DNA of 64,000 nt from Phoronis australis (GCA_002633005.1 NMRA01000588.1:198302-262301); one strand, 5' to 3'; positions 12,101 to 27,100 are shown, counted from the stretch's first letter. Made by a program: numbers and translations. Notes: generated by a model not told the origin, from the letters alone.

Positions 12101-15100
12101 ATACCAGTAAGAGTTTAAGCCAAGACAAAACACAAAATATCCTGTTATTCCACGTCATGATGGCTGAGCTCAAATGGAATTAAACATGACGTGTGTAAGT
12201 GATCGTGTTAACAGTTCATGATGACAGGTAAATTTAAGTTAAGTGGAAATTAAATCCATTTACAGTTCCTGTAGTTTGGATCTGATCAATCATAAACAAA
12301 CCAAGCAACATCTTTAAAAGACAACTGATACACTATAATTGGGTCATCTGTTGACACCATTACAACACACGAGAGTCGCCCTATCTATCGAAACTTGCAT
12401 GGAATTATAACTGATTTACATGTAAATGTACTGCACAAAAACAAGATGTTGTCTGAGTTTCACATCATTTATAATGTTGATGCCTGTTCCAGAATTTGTT
12501 CATGAAACTACGCCGCTGACCTAGGCCTATGCGTTTGATGTTATGAGTAGTCACCGAAATTGCTATTTGCAAAAATTATTGATCACGGGTTTCAATTTTA
12601 CATGGACATTTAATGGGATTTCGTAGCATTATATGCATGATATTGTATTATGATATCATTTCCAAACAGGCAAAATGTCTGCTATTTTATAGCTACAATA
12701 TAGAATCAATCATATCGCGTATATTTTGTGAACTGGTTACTGGTTGTGTTCATGATTATGATTTTGCGGCATGCGAGTTGTACGCAGGCGTTGGTGCTGT
12801 ACTGGGGTTAATCAAAGTCCGCTAAGAGCTACGGTACCACATCGATAAAAAATGAAACTTGGTCAAAAGATATAAATTACCATTTTCACAGCTGTCACTC
12901 TGGCAGTGTCTTAGTAGTACTCGGGTACACTATAATTATGATCTAATGGTAGTCACATTTTTGACACCACGATGTTTAGTGCATTGCACATTTACATTCA
13001 CCATACTAGGTTACTCTGCATAATGAACTCTTGTGATAGCAGAGATAGCTTGTGAGATTACAGCCATTATGACGTGTCATGATGTATTATTCTCAGCCAG
13101 AATTAAACCAAAAAGAATTTTGTTGGTGAAATTGATGTTCAAACGATATTTTGTCCGTTTTCTTTTGGCTTATTCTGTAAATAACTTTGTGCTTATATTT
13201 TAATAATACTTAGCAAGCTCAGTTTGAAATGACAATAGTCTTGCCTTCCGTCACATTCATTGCCCTTGCCTTGGACCTCTTACAGCTCAAAATTGGTCTC
13301 GTCTCTTAGTCAGATATTTATGGGCTTGAAGAGAACGTACAGTTGTTAGAGACCATGCTTTTGAAAGTGGAATGATGCACAATATCGAGTGTGCTCCTTG
13401 TAAGGGACCATGCTTGGAATAAGTGGAACGATGCACAATGTCAAGCATGTTCTTTGTTAGAGACCATGCCTGGAATATGTGGAATGATACACAATATCAA
13501 GCATGGTCTTTGTTGGAGACCATGCTTGGAATATGTGAAATGATGCACAATGTCAAGCATGTTCTTTGTTGGAGACCATGCTTGGAATATGTGGAATGAT
13601 ACACAATATCAAGCATGGTCTTTGTTGGAGACCATGCTTGGAATATGTGGAGTGATGCACAATGTCATGCTTGTTCTTTGTTAGAGACCATGCTTGGAAT
13701 GTGTGGAATGATACACAATGTCAAGCATGTTCTTTGTTGGAGACCATGCTGGAGTTGTAGAAAGAGCCAGAGTGACAAGCCTGGTCTCAGTCAGTTACCA
13801 TCTGTCAGTTGTCATCAAGTCCCTAAATCGCTTCTAATTCCTCTAAGCTGCATAAAATAAAAGTTGAGTTTTGAAATGATTTGTGGTCAAACTCCAAAAG
13901 TAAACTTTTGGCTCATGGCTTGTTTCAACTTTTCGTAAAACATGTTTCTCTTGCACCTAATAGCATTTCTCTAATCTAATAATTGTTCATTGCCTTCAAC
14001 AGTGTTGTAATATGTACTCAACAGTGTATTTTCTAGGGAATTTGATGCTCAGGTTTCATTGCTGTGTGACATAAACTTTGTATGGGCAGCTTTGTTGTAT
14101 TTAAGCAAGAAACATCAAAGGTCTTTTATACCCAAGATTATTTAATGTACAAACAAACTGTTATGTTTGGATCTTGTTTCCTTTGTTGGCAGTTTAGCCA
14201 GCTAATAAAAGAAAGCTATACATTGAAAGCTAAGTTTATAACATGTTACTTAATGTTAGCAGTTTTCTAATGTCACACCCATTGGGTTAAGGTGTTTGAA
14301 TTTTTTTGAATGAGTTCTTTTGGAATGTTAATCCTTACTGCCTTATTGAACCCAGGGCTGGAATTCAGTGGCATGCTTGTATTTAGATTTAGTGATATTT
14401 TAACCTCTGATGGGGAGAAAGCATGTGACTACTAGCCTTTAGTATGGTTTGAATGTGTTTCAGGTAAAATTGCAAGAGGATTTTGATTTGGTGCAAAATA
14501 TGTTGGAAGAAAAACAACAGGAAGTTGAGAGTTTGACGAAGGAGCATGAGGATGCCAAGGTGTTGGCTGAACGTTTGGAGAGCATGCAGGTGGGTTTTAT
14601 ATTCAATTCATAAATAGACAAATTAACAAGTTAACATAGTACTCATTTCATTCATGTTAATCATCTTTTGGCTGTTGCCATTTCATGGACTCTGTCAACT
14701 TAATCTAAAGCTATTCTGGCTAACATGTTGTTAACTGTTTGCTTTTGTCAGTATCATCACTGCAGTCATGCATTGTATTGACTTAGAGACGATGCTTGGC
14801 TTAAGGCCTTTTGTTTTACATGGAGACATCTGCTGATCAGCTAGACATAATAAAAGAAAAATCAATTTCCGTCCTGTCCAGCTGCTGTTCAGTATGTTAT
14901 TACTGCATTAGTCATGAGTTTTATGTCTTTACCAGGTAAGATTGTGTGCAAATGATACAAATTCTGAATATGACAGTGTAGTGATTTGTGGGAAGAAGAA
15001 GACCTCATATGCATTAGATTGCTAATTTTGGTATTTCTGCTTTCGTCTGCATCAATGTTTTGGTGTTGACCAGAGTACTATGGTCTGCCTTAGTTCTTAT

Positions 15101-18100
15101 GCTGTGTCATCTTTGAAAACCATTTTCATTTTGTTGGGAGACAGAGACCTTTGTGTTAGTCNAACGATATTTTGTCCATTTTCTTTTGGCTTATTCTGTA
15201 AATAAATCTGTGCTTATATTTTAATAATACTTAGCAAGCTCAGTTTGAAATGACAATAGTTTTGCCTTCCGTCACATTCATTGCCCTTGACTTGGACCTC
15301 TTACAGCTCAAAATTGGTCTCGTCTCTTAGTCAGATATTTATGGGCTTGAAGAGAACGTACACTTGTTAGAGATAATGCTTGGAAAGTGGAATGATGCAC
15401 AATGTTAAGTGTACTCCTTGTAAGGGAGCATGCTTGGAATATGTGGAACGATGCACAATGTCAAGCATGGTCTTTGTTGGAGACCATGCTTGGAATATGT
15501 GGAGTGATGCACAATGTCATGCTTGTTCTTTGTTGGAGACCATGCCTGGAATATGTGAAATGATGCACAATGTCAAGCATGTTCTTTGTTGGAGACCATG
15601 CTTGGAATATGTGGAGTGATGCACAATGTCAAGCATGTTCTTTGTTAGAGACCATGCTTGGAATATGTGAAATGATGCACAATGTCAAGCATGTTCTTTG
15701 TTGGAGACCATGCTTGGAATATGTGAAATGATGCACAATGTCAAGCATGGTCTTTGTTGGAGACCATGCTTGGAATATGTGGAGTGATACGCAATGTCAA
15801 GCATGGTCTTTGTTGGAGACCATGCTGGAGTTGTAGAAAGAGCCAGAGTGACAAGCCTAGTCTCAGTCAGTTACCATCTGTCAGTTGTCATCAAGTCCCT
15901 AAATCACTTCTAATCCCCCTAAGCTGCATAAAATAAAAGTTGAGTTTTGAAATGGTTTGTGGTCATACTCCAAAAGTAAACTTTTGGCTCATGGCTTGTT
16001 TCAACTTTTCGTAAAAAATGTTTCTCTTGCACCTAATAGCATTTCTCTAATCTAATAATTGTTCATTGCCTTCAACAGTGTTGTTATGTACCCAACAGTG
16101 TATTTTCTAGGGAATTTGATGCTCAGGTTTCATTGCTGTGTGACATAAACTTTGTATGGGCAGCTTTGTTGTATTTAAGCAAGAAACATCAAAGGTCTTT
16201 TATACCCAAGATTATTTATGTACAAACAAACTGTTATGTTTGGATCTTGTTTCCTTTGTTGACAGTTTAGCCAGCTAATAAAAGAAAGCTATACATTGAA
16301 AGCTAAGTTTATAACATGTTACTTAATGTTAGCAGTTTTCTAATGTCACACCCATTGGGTTAAGGTGTTTGAATTTTTTTGAATGAGTTCTGTTGGAATG
16401 TTAACTCTTACTGCCTTATTGAACCCAGGGCTGGAATTCAGTGGCATGCTTGTATTTATATTTAGTGATATTTTAACCTCTGATGGGGAGAAAGCATGTG
16501 ACTACTATCCTTTAATTATGGCTTGAATGTGTTTCAGGTAAAATTGCAAGAGGATTTTGATTTGGTGCAAAATATGTTGGAAGAAAAACAACAGGAAGTG
16601 GAGAGTTTGACAAAGGAGCATGAAGATGCCAAGGTGTTGGCTGAACGTTTGGAGAGCATGCAGGTGGGTTTTATATTAAATTCATATTAATAGACAAATT
16701 AACAAGTTAACGTACTCATTTCATTCATGTCAACCATTTTTTGGCTGTTGCCATTTCATGGACTCTGTCAACTTAATCTAAAGCTATTCTCGCTAACATG
16801 TTGTTAACTGTTTGCTTTTGTCAGTATCATTACTGCAGTCATGCATTGTATTGACTTAGAGACGATGCTTGGCTTAAGGCCTTTTGTTTTACATGGAGAC
16901 ATCTGCTGATCAGCTAGACATAATAAAAGAAAAATCAATTTCCGTCCTGTCCAGCTGCTGTTCAGTATGTTATTACTGCATTAGTCATGATTTTTATGTC
17001 TTTACCAGGTAAGATTGTGTGCAAATGATACACATTCTGAATATGACAGTGTAGTGATTTGTGGGAAGAAGAAGACCTCATATGCATTAGATTGCTAATT
17101 TTGGTATTTCTGCTTTCGTCTGCATCAATGTTTTGGTGTTGACCAGAGTACTATGGTCTGCCTTAGTTCTTATGCTGTGTCATCTTTGAAAACCATTTTC
17201 ATTTTGTTGGGAGACAGAGACCTTTGTGTTAGTCTTATGAGACCTAAGATCCATAAATGTCTGCCAGCATTTTCTGAGCCCAGATATTAATTCTAATTTG
17301 AGTATGCTGGATTACCTTTTTTGATTCCAGCTGACCATTTTTAACTTTAATATCATGAACATTCCTGGATGGCTCAAAGTCCACATTTTATTATAGTTTG
17401 AGTAATGAACAAAATGAGGTCAGTTACAGTAGGTGGTTTTAAAAAAGAGTTAAGTCTTTTTGGCTGAAGACATCTGTCTGATCACTTTTAAACATGAGTT
17501 ACATAGTACTCATTTATTTAACATTGTTCTCTGACCAGCTGCAATGGAATGCTGAAAAGTTGCAGTGGGAGAAGGCAGTGAAAGAGAAACAGAACGTTAT
17601 TGATGAGAAGGAAGAGGAGTTGTATGTAGCCAATGAACAATTGGAGGAACAGGTTGGTCTTGGCTCTAGTGTGACTAGGAGATTTGTGTACAAATTACTT
17701 CTCACTCATCCCAGATCACCTGCAGATAGTGCAGTGTTTCCAATGCAGTAAACCTAACCTGGTGGAAATAATTACTGGCCCACTGCTTCCTCACAAAGAT
17801 TACTCACTGACAGGCATGTCTTATGAATAGGCTTGACTTGCTGCTTGGCTGGGGCTTACCTTGGTGTCCCAGAATTCCTTTGATGTGTTAAGAGACAAAA
17901 GCACCTCGTCTAGCCTAGTCATGATGTAGCAAGGTCTGTAAAGACTGTTCTTGTGTTATATAGGATCTCATTTGATGAATAGTTTCCTGAAACTAGGAGA
18001 GTCACCACTTGATTTCGATGTGGATGATCTTTTACTTGAAAACCCTCAGGCTGGTTTTCTGTTTTCAGAAACAGGGAAATATATGACATAAAATTCTGTT

Positions 18101-21100
18101 TTTTTTCCATTTATTAATAATTTGTAAATTTGCAAATTCCAGGTTACTATTTCAAAAACCTATAACAGTGTTTTTAAGATTGCACGTTAAATGTTTTATC
18201 AAGTGAAGTTTTATCATGTCATTGGTTCTGTTGATTTGCTACCAAATGTACTTTAAAATTTATTTTTGGATAGATTTTACAAAAAAGGTGACCCAATTAA
18301 TGTCAGAATGATGAAGAGTCGATAATGTAAATTGTTTTCAACTTTCATCAAATAATACCTTTACTAACTAAAGTTAAAATCTATAGTCTGTAGATATTTG
18401 GCCAAATATACGCACTTGTCATGTGATGTGTCAGGTTCTTTATAGTTTGTCTTACTCATGAATTGTAATGTGAATCAGCCAGATATTGTTTCATCAACAG
18501 AAAGCAAAGCTAACATCTCATAATGAAGAACTTGCCAAATTGAAGAAAGATCAAGAACAGGAAGTTTTGAGGTTGTCAGCAGATTTGGAGCATAGAAATG
18601 AACAGGTAGGATGGTTGTTGTTTAGTGACGTCATGTTAGAGCTTACTGATCAGCAGATTTTAATTTTAATATTAGTGTTGAGATGTGATGTAACCAAATT
18701 GCCCACAAAGTAAATTATCTTCCACACGATTTTGGATATTGTATTATAATAAGCTTTTTCTCATTTTTGTGTTCATTGGATATCAAGCAATCATTTTCAT
18801 TGGTCAATCTTTGCTTAAAGTCCTTGTTTTTGTCGCAGTTATAGCAAAATTAATGTAACTTGCAAAATTGTAACATTCTTGGAGAGCATCATGTTGTGAA
18901 CTGAATGATAATATCTCACCTGGCATTATTTGTTTGTTCAGATTGAGGAGTTAACATCTGAAGTGAAAAAGCTCCTGGAGAATCGTCCCAACACTGCAGA
19001 ACTGTACGACCAGAATGCCAAGATCTTTGAGCTTGAAGAAAGCTTGAAGGAAGAAGAGAGGCAGAGGCATACAGAGGAGCAGGCAGCCAAGGCTCAAGTT
19101 GCATGGACTACTGAGTTGGAAGGAGAGCTGGAAGCATTGAGGAAAGAGCTGTCTGGGAAGGAAGAGATTGTGAAGAAGCTCAAAGAGGAATGTAGGGATG
19201 TAGGGGAGGAGTTGAAACAGAAGGAGAATGAGCTTAAGTTGCAACAGGAAAAGCTTGAAGAACAGAAGGAAGAACTGTCTGAGAAGTTTGATGTACAGAG
19301 GGAAGAACTGTCTGAGAAGCTTGAAGTACAGAGGGAAGAACTGTCTCAGAAGCTTGAAGAACAGAGGAAGGAAGTCGGTGAAAAGCATGAGGAGGTGAAG
19401 AAACTACAAGTAACTAATGAGAAGACCAAAGAAGAGTTGAAACAGAAAAATGATGAACTAGAGAGATGCAAGAGAATGATTGAAGAGCTTACTGAGGACA
19501 ATACCAAAAAAGGTGAAGAGCTTGCCAAGGTATCGGGTGAGTTAACATCAACCCAACAACATGTTGAAGGGGTGGATTTGTTAAAGTCTGGTTATGCTGG
19601 CAATGCAAAGAAATTAGAGGAACTGAATGGGATGTTGGAAGCTAAAGAAAAGGAGCTGGGTAGTGTGACTGCTGAGCTGAACAAATGTGGTGCTGATTTG
19701 AAACATGCTGAGGCAAGAATTGGCCTGTTGCAGAAAGAGCTGGAATCAACTGTGAAAGACAATACACAAAGGGTTAATAATTTGAGGAGGATGACTGATG
19801 TCATTGAAAAGCAAGAGAAGGAAATTGAGGAATTGCGTGGTGGTATTGAAAGGTTGAAAGGTGGTAGTCAAGATGGTGCTGATTCCTCTGACTCATTAAA
19901 ACTTGCTGCCAAAGAGGCTGAATTGAGGATTGCTGTGCAACAGAAAGAAAATCTGGAAGAGCAGTTACAGGTACCTGCAGTTGTAATGTGTATATGTTGC
20001 TGACCTGTACTTGTCAATTTTAAACGCAAAAATTGACTGTAATTTTCACCAACTTTCTTGAACAGCAAATTGTTTTATGTTTAGAAAAAATTAGATAATT
20101 TGCAGAATATTTTTTTATTTTCACAGAGACGGAGTTTTGGCATATCGCTGGATTTTATTGGTCATTTTATTCCTGGTTGGAGGCACATAATAGCTTTGCC
20201 GAGTTTAAGACTTTGAACAGTGTTCTGATACATTGTCTGAACCATAAACAACTCAATGATACTAATGAATCTTTGAAAAGGCATTGATAAGTATAGCACA
20301 TAACTGTTTTCAATACAACTTAATTCCTATATTCATTCCCTCCGAAGTTTTGAATTGAATTTTTGTCGCACCCACTTCTGCTTATAGGATTGCAACTTTG
20401 CTGTGCAGAAACTCAACTCTGATTTGAAAAATCGTCAAAATGTTCTGGACACACTAAAAGCCGAGAACGAAGAAATGAAAAATCAGTTGGTAGAACTGGA
20501 GTCACGACTGAGGGCGCACCCTGGTGATGGCAGGAGTTTGGAACAGGTAAATCTAAGTATTCAGTGATTGTGTAAACAGCTTTTATTGATACAAAATAAC
20601 TTGCCCCATCATGTGTTTCTGTTAAGGTGACGTAGGACCTTAAAAAATTCCAGTTTTGGGTAACTTGATTCGTCCCTAACTTCACTAGGCTTGAATCATT
20701 GTTGTATTCATTCAAACCATACCTTACTGTTATCTGTAGGTGGTGCAGGAGTTGAGAGAAGAATTAGGTCAAGAGCACCAGCAACACATTCAGGATATCC
20801 AAGATGTCCACCAGAGGGAGCAAGCTACCAGACTGGAAGAGGTAGATCACATTGAAGATGATGCCGTGGAATTCATCTAGGGTCTTGCATCCACTTTGGA
20901 AATCAGTGCTGGGAAATGTTTTTTCAGCAACAATATTCTGCAGTCACCATTTTAGTACAATTGCCATAACCAAAGGCACTTATTGCATGAAGTCTTTTTC
21001 AGCCATGAACTCTTGTGTCAGACTTTTCTATCGAGCAACCTGAGTATGTGAATTCTCCATTTTAATTACTTTACCAGGCAACATTTTTGGAAGTTTGTTG

Positions 21101-24100
21101 TAGCTGACCAATGATAGTATGATAGTGCTTCATACTTGGAGGCTTCGTTACTGCCTAACTGCATCGTATTTGTTCCAGGCTGATATCTACTACAGCCAAC
21201 AGATGGCAGAGCTAAAGCACAGTTATGAGCGAGAGCTTGTCAACAGTCTACAGAATGCTAAACGTGAGCTTGAGAAGAACCACGCAGCACAGATCCAACG
21301 AATTAGGGAGCTACATGACCACGAGGTCTCCATTATTAAGGGTGAAGGTGAGATGGGACGGATCACAGCTGTACCTTTAAAGTGATTGTGATGATAGTCT
21401 TTAAAATCACATCCGTAAATGTTCACCGGTTAGCGACAGATAATGCTAACTCCTCACAATCGCAACGAAAAATGGAAGCATTTTAAAAATGCACTTTTAA
21501 GACAGCCTTTCTGTGTTGGGATGATGCAGCTTCTACTTGGAACACAGTGTGGCAGAGTAATGAATCAAAGTACATGACTGCAACGAAAATTAATGGGAAT
21601 AAAATTTTGATTTTTTAATAGTTTGTATAGTTGTTTCCCTGTCATAAGCCAACATCTTCTGACATCTCCAGAACTTTCAGCATTCCATCGAAAAGTTGCC
21701 GTCTGTGTGACTTTGAAAGAAAACAAACTTTGCTTTACATTTTGTTTACTATGATAAAGCATAAGGCACTGGGTACAGGACTGTCACATGGCCTTTTTGT
21801 CTTCCATGGATGGTGGTGCTCACTTTTGAGTTGCATTGGAAAATTAATTATTTCATTCAAGGCTGGAGCTTGTCCTATTTTCTGAAATTCGGGAAATATG
21901 ATGAATGCCGAAATGGCCCTTGTTTCAAATTCCATAATGAAGAAAATTCTATTTTTGCTAGAGTTTTCTTGTCCGAAATTCTAGAGACTGTCCCAAACTG
22001 TAGAATTTTTACTGTACTTCATGACGTGGTCAGCTTACAAGTTGTTCCACTTATGATGGTTAACTTTTCAAATGAGATTTTCAAAACGCATTATCAGATA
22101 TTAACTTTATATGCCTAAGTGTGTGTATTTCTGTAAAAGAAATTTTATAGCATCAATTCTCGAAAATGTCACAAACAGGGCGTTGTTTAAGTACACTATT
22201 CATCCTGATGTTTTTCACTGTGTTGCCATGCAATGTGTTCAGAGAACTGTTACCTAGCGTGCTCTAGTAAGTGCTGGTTTTAAACTGATATCTCATCCTG
22301 TGTTTACCTCACAGCATCTGAAGGTGACTCCCTATCCCATGTTGACGAACAGCTACAAGCGGAGCTCAGTCAAGTGTTGGACGTACCACGGAGGTCCAGT
22401 CTTGGAAGGCATGGCGATGAATTGCCCCGTCGACAGGAGGGTGTTGGGCATGCTTCGTCTGACGAAAGTGCTCCACCGCCTGTGGTCAATGGTCATCCAG
22501 CGATGATTAATGGTTACCATGGTGACTCGGACACTTCGGTAGTGTCTAGACTGTCATTGAGTGATGAACTGTTGCCACAGCTGAGAGTATGTTTATTTGT
22601 TTTGCACTCTGTAGTTAGTAAAACTTGACAAGCTCTCTGCTCTGTTCCCCATTGATCTTATATTATGAGGACATGGGTTTTGAGTACAGACACTGTGGGG
22701 CGAACTGCGGTAGACTCCATTTATAGCCAGTTTAAATTCATTTCCCATAAATTCTGTTCTTCAGAAAAATCATAAGTCATAAAAATCCCTGACACTTTTT
22801 ACAATGGGATCATACCTCTTCTGAGAATGTGTGCTGGGGGAGCTGCTTAATTTCGTTTTTGAAAAAATCATAAATTGTGTTAGATGTTCTGTATTTATGG
22901 CAGCACACCCAATTTGTTGAGTAGCAATACATATCTGATATTAAGTTTGTTACAAACATTAGCTGTATAAATATCGCGAGAAGGCAAGCTCTACTACATA
23001 TGTTTTCACTGTGATGCAATAGCACTTAAGTATGATGAGGTGTTATTGAATTCTTTGTCTTGGCAAGATGTTGAGAATTCTCCGTTTTAAGTACTCATTA
23101 TATATCATGTTCCTTTTTATCAGACTGGAATGACCAATCTGAATGGTGAAGCAGTACAGATTTACACCATCTCCAAACAGCGTCAGGGAGTTCGAAGATC
23201 ATCAGACCCTGCTAACGCTGAAATGGAGATTTTACGACAGGCCTGGGAGAGGGAAAAACGCTCCCTGTTGGAGTCTATAAAGTCCCTGAAGGATCTTGTA
23301 GCCAGAAGTGACACAGTGGATAAAAGGGTAAAATATATTTTTACTGGTTTGGTGAAACATGTAATGGTCATTTGGCAATTGGTGTCATCAGAAATTGTCG
23401 AGGTTTTATTCTATTTTTCTCGTTTTCAGTTTTAGAAGATACTAATTATGAAATATTAGAGCATACTTGAGGCTTCACAATCTGATGATTTACCTTAATT
23501 TAATATGAAGTTAGTTTACTTAATGCTTAAATACTCCAAGGACTAGCTTAAATCATGGTTTCCGTAACTGAGATGCAAATTAAGTTCTAAAATACGTTTG
23601 GCGCATCTCTTAAATCACTTGAAAATGGAACGCTGTTATGAATTTTGTTTGTTTCGATTTCAAAATTTACTGCTAGTAGTCAGTCTGCCATTTATATAGC
23701 TTCCTGATGACAAAAAACTGACCGTAAGTTATTTAAATGACAAACAAGAGGCAGTGAGTCAACCAAGCAATGAAATGTAATACGGAGCCGGCTTATAGTT
23801 CCATTGGGAACACTTGTCTTGGTGCTACAATGCATTGAGTGATTTTTGCAATGCCTGGTTGTTGAAAACTGGTGTGCCAGAAGGATCGGATCATGTAGAG
23901 AGCACTGTTTCCTTGTAGACCTAAGTGATCAACATTTAGAGAGCACTGTTTTGCTGTAGGCCTATATAAGCGATCACCATTTAGACAGCGCTGTTTTCCT
24001 GTGAGCCTGAGTGATCAACAAATCTAATTCTTTTTTTAGAAATAATCTTAGAGAATCGGTGATTAAACTAACACTCTTCATTATTGGTGTTTTGGAAAAA

Positions 24101-27100
24101 ATATTGACTATTTCTCACCGCATTACACGCTCTAGCCGCCATACTAAGCCAACCAAGGTAATCTTGACCGGCTGATGTGGTTTAAACACTCCAGATAGCA
24201 AATTACGAACGTTCTAATGTTCCCCAACGTAGCCACTGTTGCCTCTATCTAAATCCTCATGAAATTCTTTGGAAATTAACAAACATTGTGCTGTCACTGT
24301 CCCTGTCCTCTACAATGCCACAACTATTGGCTATTGCCTTTGTCTTCGTTGCTTGCTCCATGGTCTTGCAGAGACATAAGATGGGTGAGAACAAGTTATT
24401 AGTTTAGTTATCACATGACTGGGGGATTCATGAGTGATAAAATCACTTTTTCTTGTAAAGCTATTAAATCTTCGTTAGGACCATCAATATAAAGATTTAT
24501 TATTTCATCATTTTTTCCTAGGACTTCTATGACTCTGATTTTGATGTCTATGAGGTAATCAGATGTTGTGAATTATCTTGTGCACATAATTGTTCACAGT
24601 GTTTAGTGATCTTTCACTCAGGCATCTAGCGTATTGTGCACACTCTTTCTTATGATGGCCTTTCACCAGTCCTGTAGTTATACCTGTCCAATGCAACATC
24701 TGGAACTCGATAAACCTTTCACGAATGAAATGAATGCAGCACATTGTCCGCAATTAGTTGGATTGCCTGTCTTGCTTCAGTTGACGTCGTGGTGTTACTT
24801 TGTTCCTGTACTGTGGCGTACAGCATTTTTGGGCTTCCATGTGTAGGACTCTAGACCTCGTGTAACAAAATGGCGAGTTTGACCCAGTGTTCTGTTAAGT
24901 TTGGAAACTTGCAGCCGGATTATTAACAGTGTCACAGCACTACAAAATGTTATTTCGTAGGACTGGCATTAAGGACATATTCATTGTTGTCTCTATGCAG
25001 AGCCCAAACTACATTGCATACTGTTTCTAGCCTTCAGACCATGAATCAGAAGACTGGCGATCAGATCTTATTTGTTGTGTGGGCCGTGTCTTCACAAAGG
25101 AGCGCGAGGCACTGCTGGCGGACCTGAGAAGCTACTCTCTGTTACAAGATGGACGGAGTCAGGGAGCCAATGTGGTTGAATTGGAAAACAAAGTGCGACA
25201 GCAGGTTTGTTGCTATGATTTTAATCTTATCTGTCTGACCTTATTGATTTTTGACTTCACTTGTTATGAAAAATGTGGCTATGTCTTTTCAAAATTTTTG
25301 TATTGAAGTTGTTTTTCTCAAAAAGCTTGTTTTTTCATTGTAGAACGCTGTGTTTACCACGCACATAGCAAAGCCTACAATGTACAATCAACGATATTAT
25401 TATTATTATTTACATTTTCTACACAGAACTTCAATCTGTTTCTCTATTTTATTAGTGTCTGAGATTTTCTGATTGTATAAATAATGTAACCATTAATACC
25501 CAGTTGTGTTCACTTGATATACTGCAGCGTTGATCTATTAAATATTGACATAGTATGTTCAGTTACACAGTGCAGAATGCCTATTTCTTGTGTTTATATC
25601 TTCCTCGGTCTATTCTAAGTTCCTTTGGTTTTCATGAGATTTGGGACATATTTTCCTGTTGTGGAAATGACAACACGTTTTATGAATTCTACATATTATC
25701 CTCCATCCCTTACTGGCCATGTAGGGAGTCTGCTTGTTGCACCAGTCTCTCTATCCACCATGAACCTACTTGAAGGATCGTTATTAGAAATGAAATTGTG
25801 TAGTAGAGTCTGGTGTTTTTCTGTTGAGGATGATTTTTAGTCAGATCTGATTTCTGTGGCACCTTGTTGTGGCATTTTTGGGCCTCTTATTCCTTGATGG
25901 ATCTTCGTGAAACTTTTGTGTTCCTATGGAGGAAAGCTTGACAATTAGTGATCCGCTTGTTGTAATTTTGGTTTTCTTTGCATATGCCAATGTCTACTAA
26001 TAAACTTAATAATTCTTTGATGAATCTTCAGGAAATGTGGTATTTATGTGTCTCACTGAGGAAAGCACTACTGGAGTTCATTTTTGATAGATCTGACTAC
26101 TGCAGCACCCTCTCGTGGCAAATAATCTCTGCATCTATTTTTAATACCTACCAAATGAATGTCGTTCGTGAATCTTCATGCGTGTGTGTCTTCTTAATGA
26201 AGAGAGCAAAACTGAATGCTGATTTTTAAATGTTTGACTACCATGGAAATATATTAAATAGTGAATACTCTAAGGCTTATATGTTTGCCATGACCGATGC
26301 TCATAGTGGGTGAGTTTCAACCCTCTGTGGTGTTCTCGTTGTTCTTTGTAAAGATTGGAAATAAAGTCTTTCTATCTTTGCAACAGTCTATGGTTATCTA
26401 TTTATGCATAGAAATCTGTTATTCCTGTCCCCCGAATATGCTCCGACAACTTATGACAGTTTATGCAATGGGTTACATACTGGAATTGATGGAATAAGTT
26501 GATTTTTTAATTAATTTTTTCCTTAAGGAGCGACACCAGGCTGATGCTCTAGACAAACTTCTGAGCACTGATAGGCAATCTCTGTTGTCAGAGACACGCA
26601 GTCTCAAGCAGAAGCTTAGGTCAGCTGATCAGAGGGAGGCCACCATCAAAGCACGATTGACGGAACAGCTGAAAGCTGCAGAAGATGAGCATGGGAAGAG
26701 AGAGAAACATCTCAAACGACAAGGTAATGAATAGAGTTTTGAAGTGTTATTAACACAGCAATTTGTTGAAACTTGCCAGGGATTTGTGAGAGACCCCTTT
26801 TTGCGCTTTGAAATGCATTCATTTTACGGAAGTGTCCAAAAGGAGAGGAACTTTCGGAAAAAGGGGTGCGGGTCTTGCATTGCCTCCCATTGCGCCCTCA
26901 TTCAGCCATGGGCGTTCAAGGTATATTGTAAAGTGGAAAGTTTTGCTTTCTGGCAGCTTGGCTAATAGAAGAGAAGTTCAACACAGCTTCTTGAAAAGTG
27001 ATTGTTTTCATTATATTTTGATGGTCATCTTAAACATAAAAACAGAGAACACACTGCCATCTTGCATGCATAAAAATAAATGGGCGCGTTATGCTGTCAT

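Larger units (their letters stand above)
13142..17234. repeat. n-joined pair (13142-15161 / 15163-17234), likely haplotypes
   Basis: n at 15162; both copies contain the minisatellite and exon 11. Confidence 0.85.

Noticed and set aside
13350-15828. CRISPR-like array of palindromic repeats
   Set aside because: The intervening sequences are near-identical rather than unique spacers, the context is a eukaryotic intron, and there are no cas genes; it is a minisatellite
13615-15936. Cys/Met-rich ORFs (13615, 15380, 15754)
   Set aside because: Translations of the 56-bp minisatellite
6533-17234. Tandem duplicated, mutually exclusive exons 8 and 11
   Set aside because: Introns are as similar as exons and each junction is a single n, so a haplotype assembly artefact is more parsimonious
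18951-19804. Minus-strand L/F/S-rich ORFs
   Set aside because: Antisense shadows of the E/K-rich coding exon
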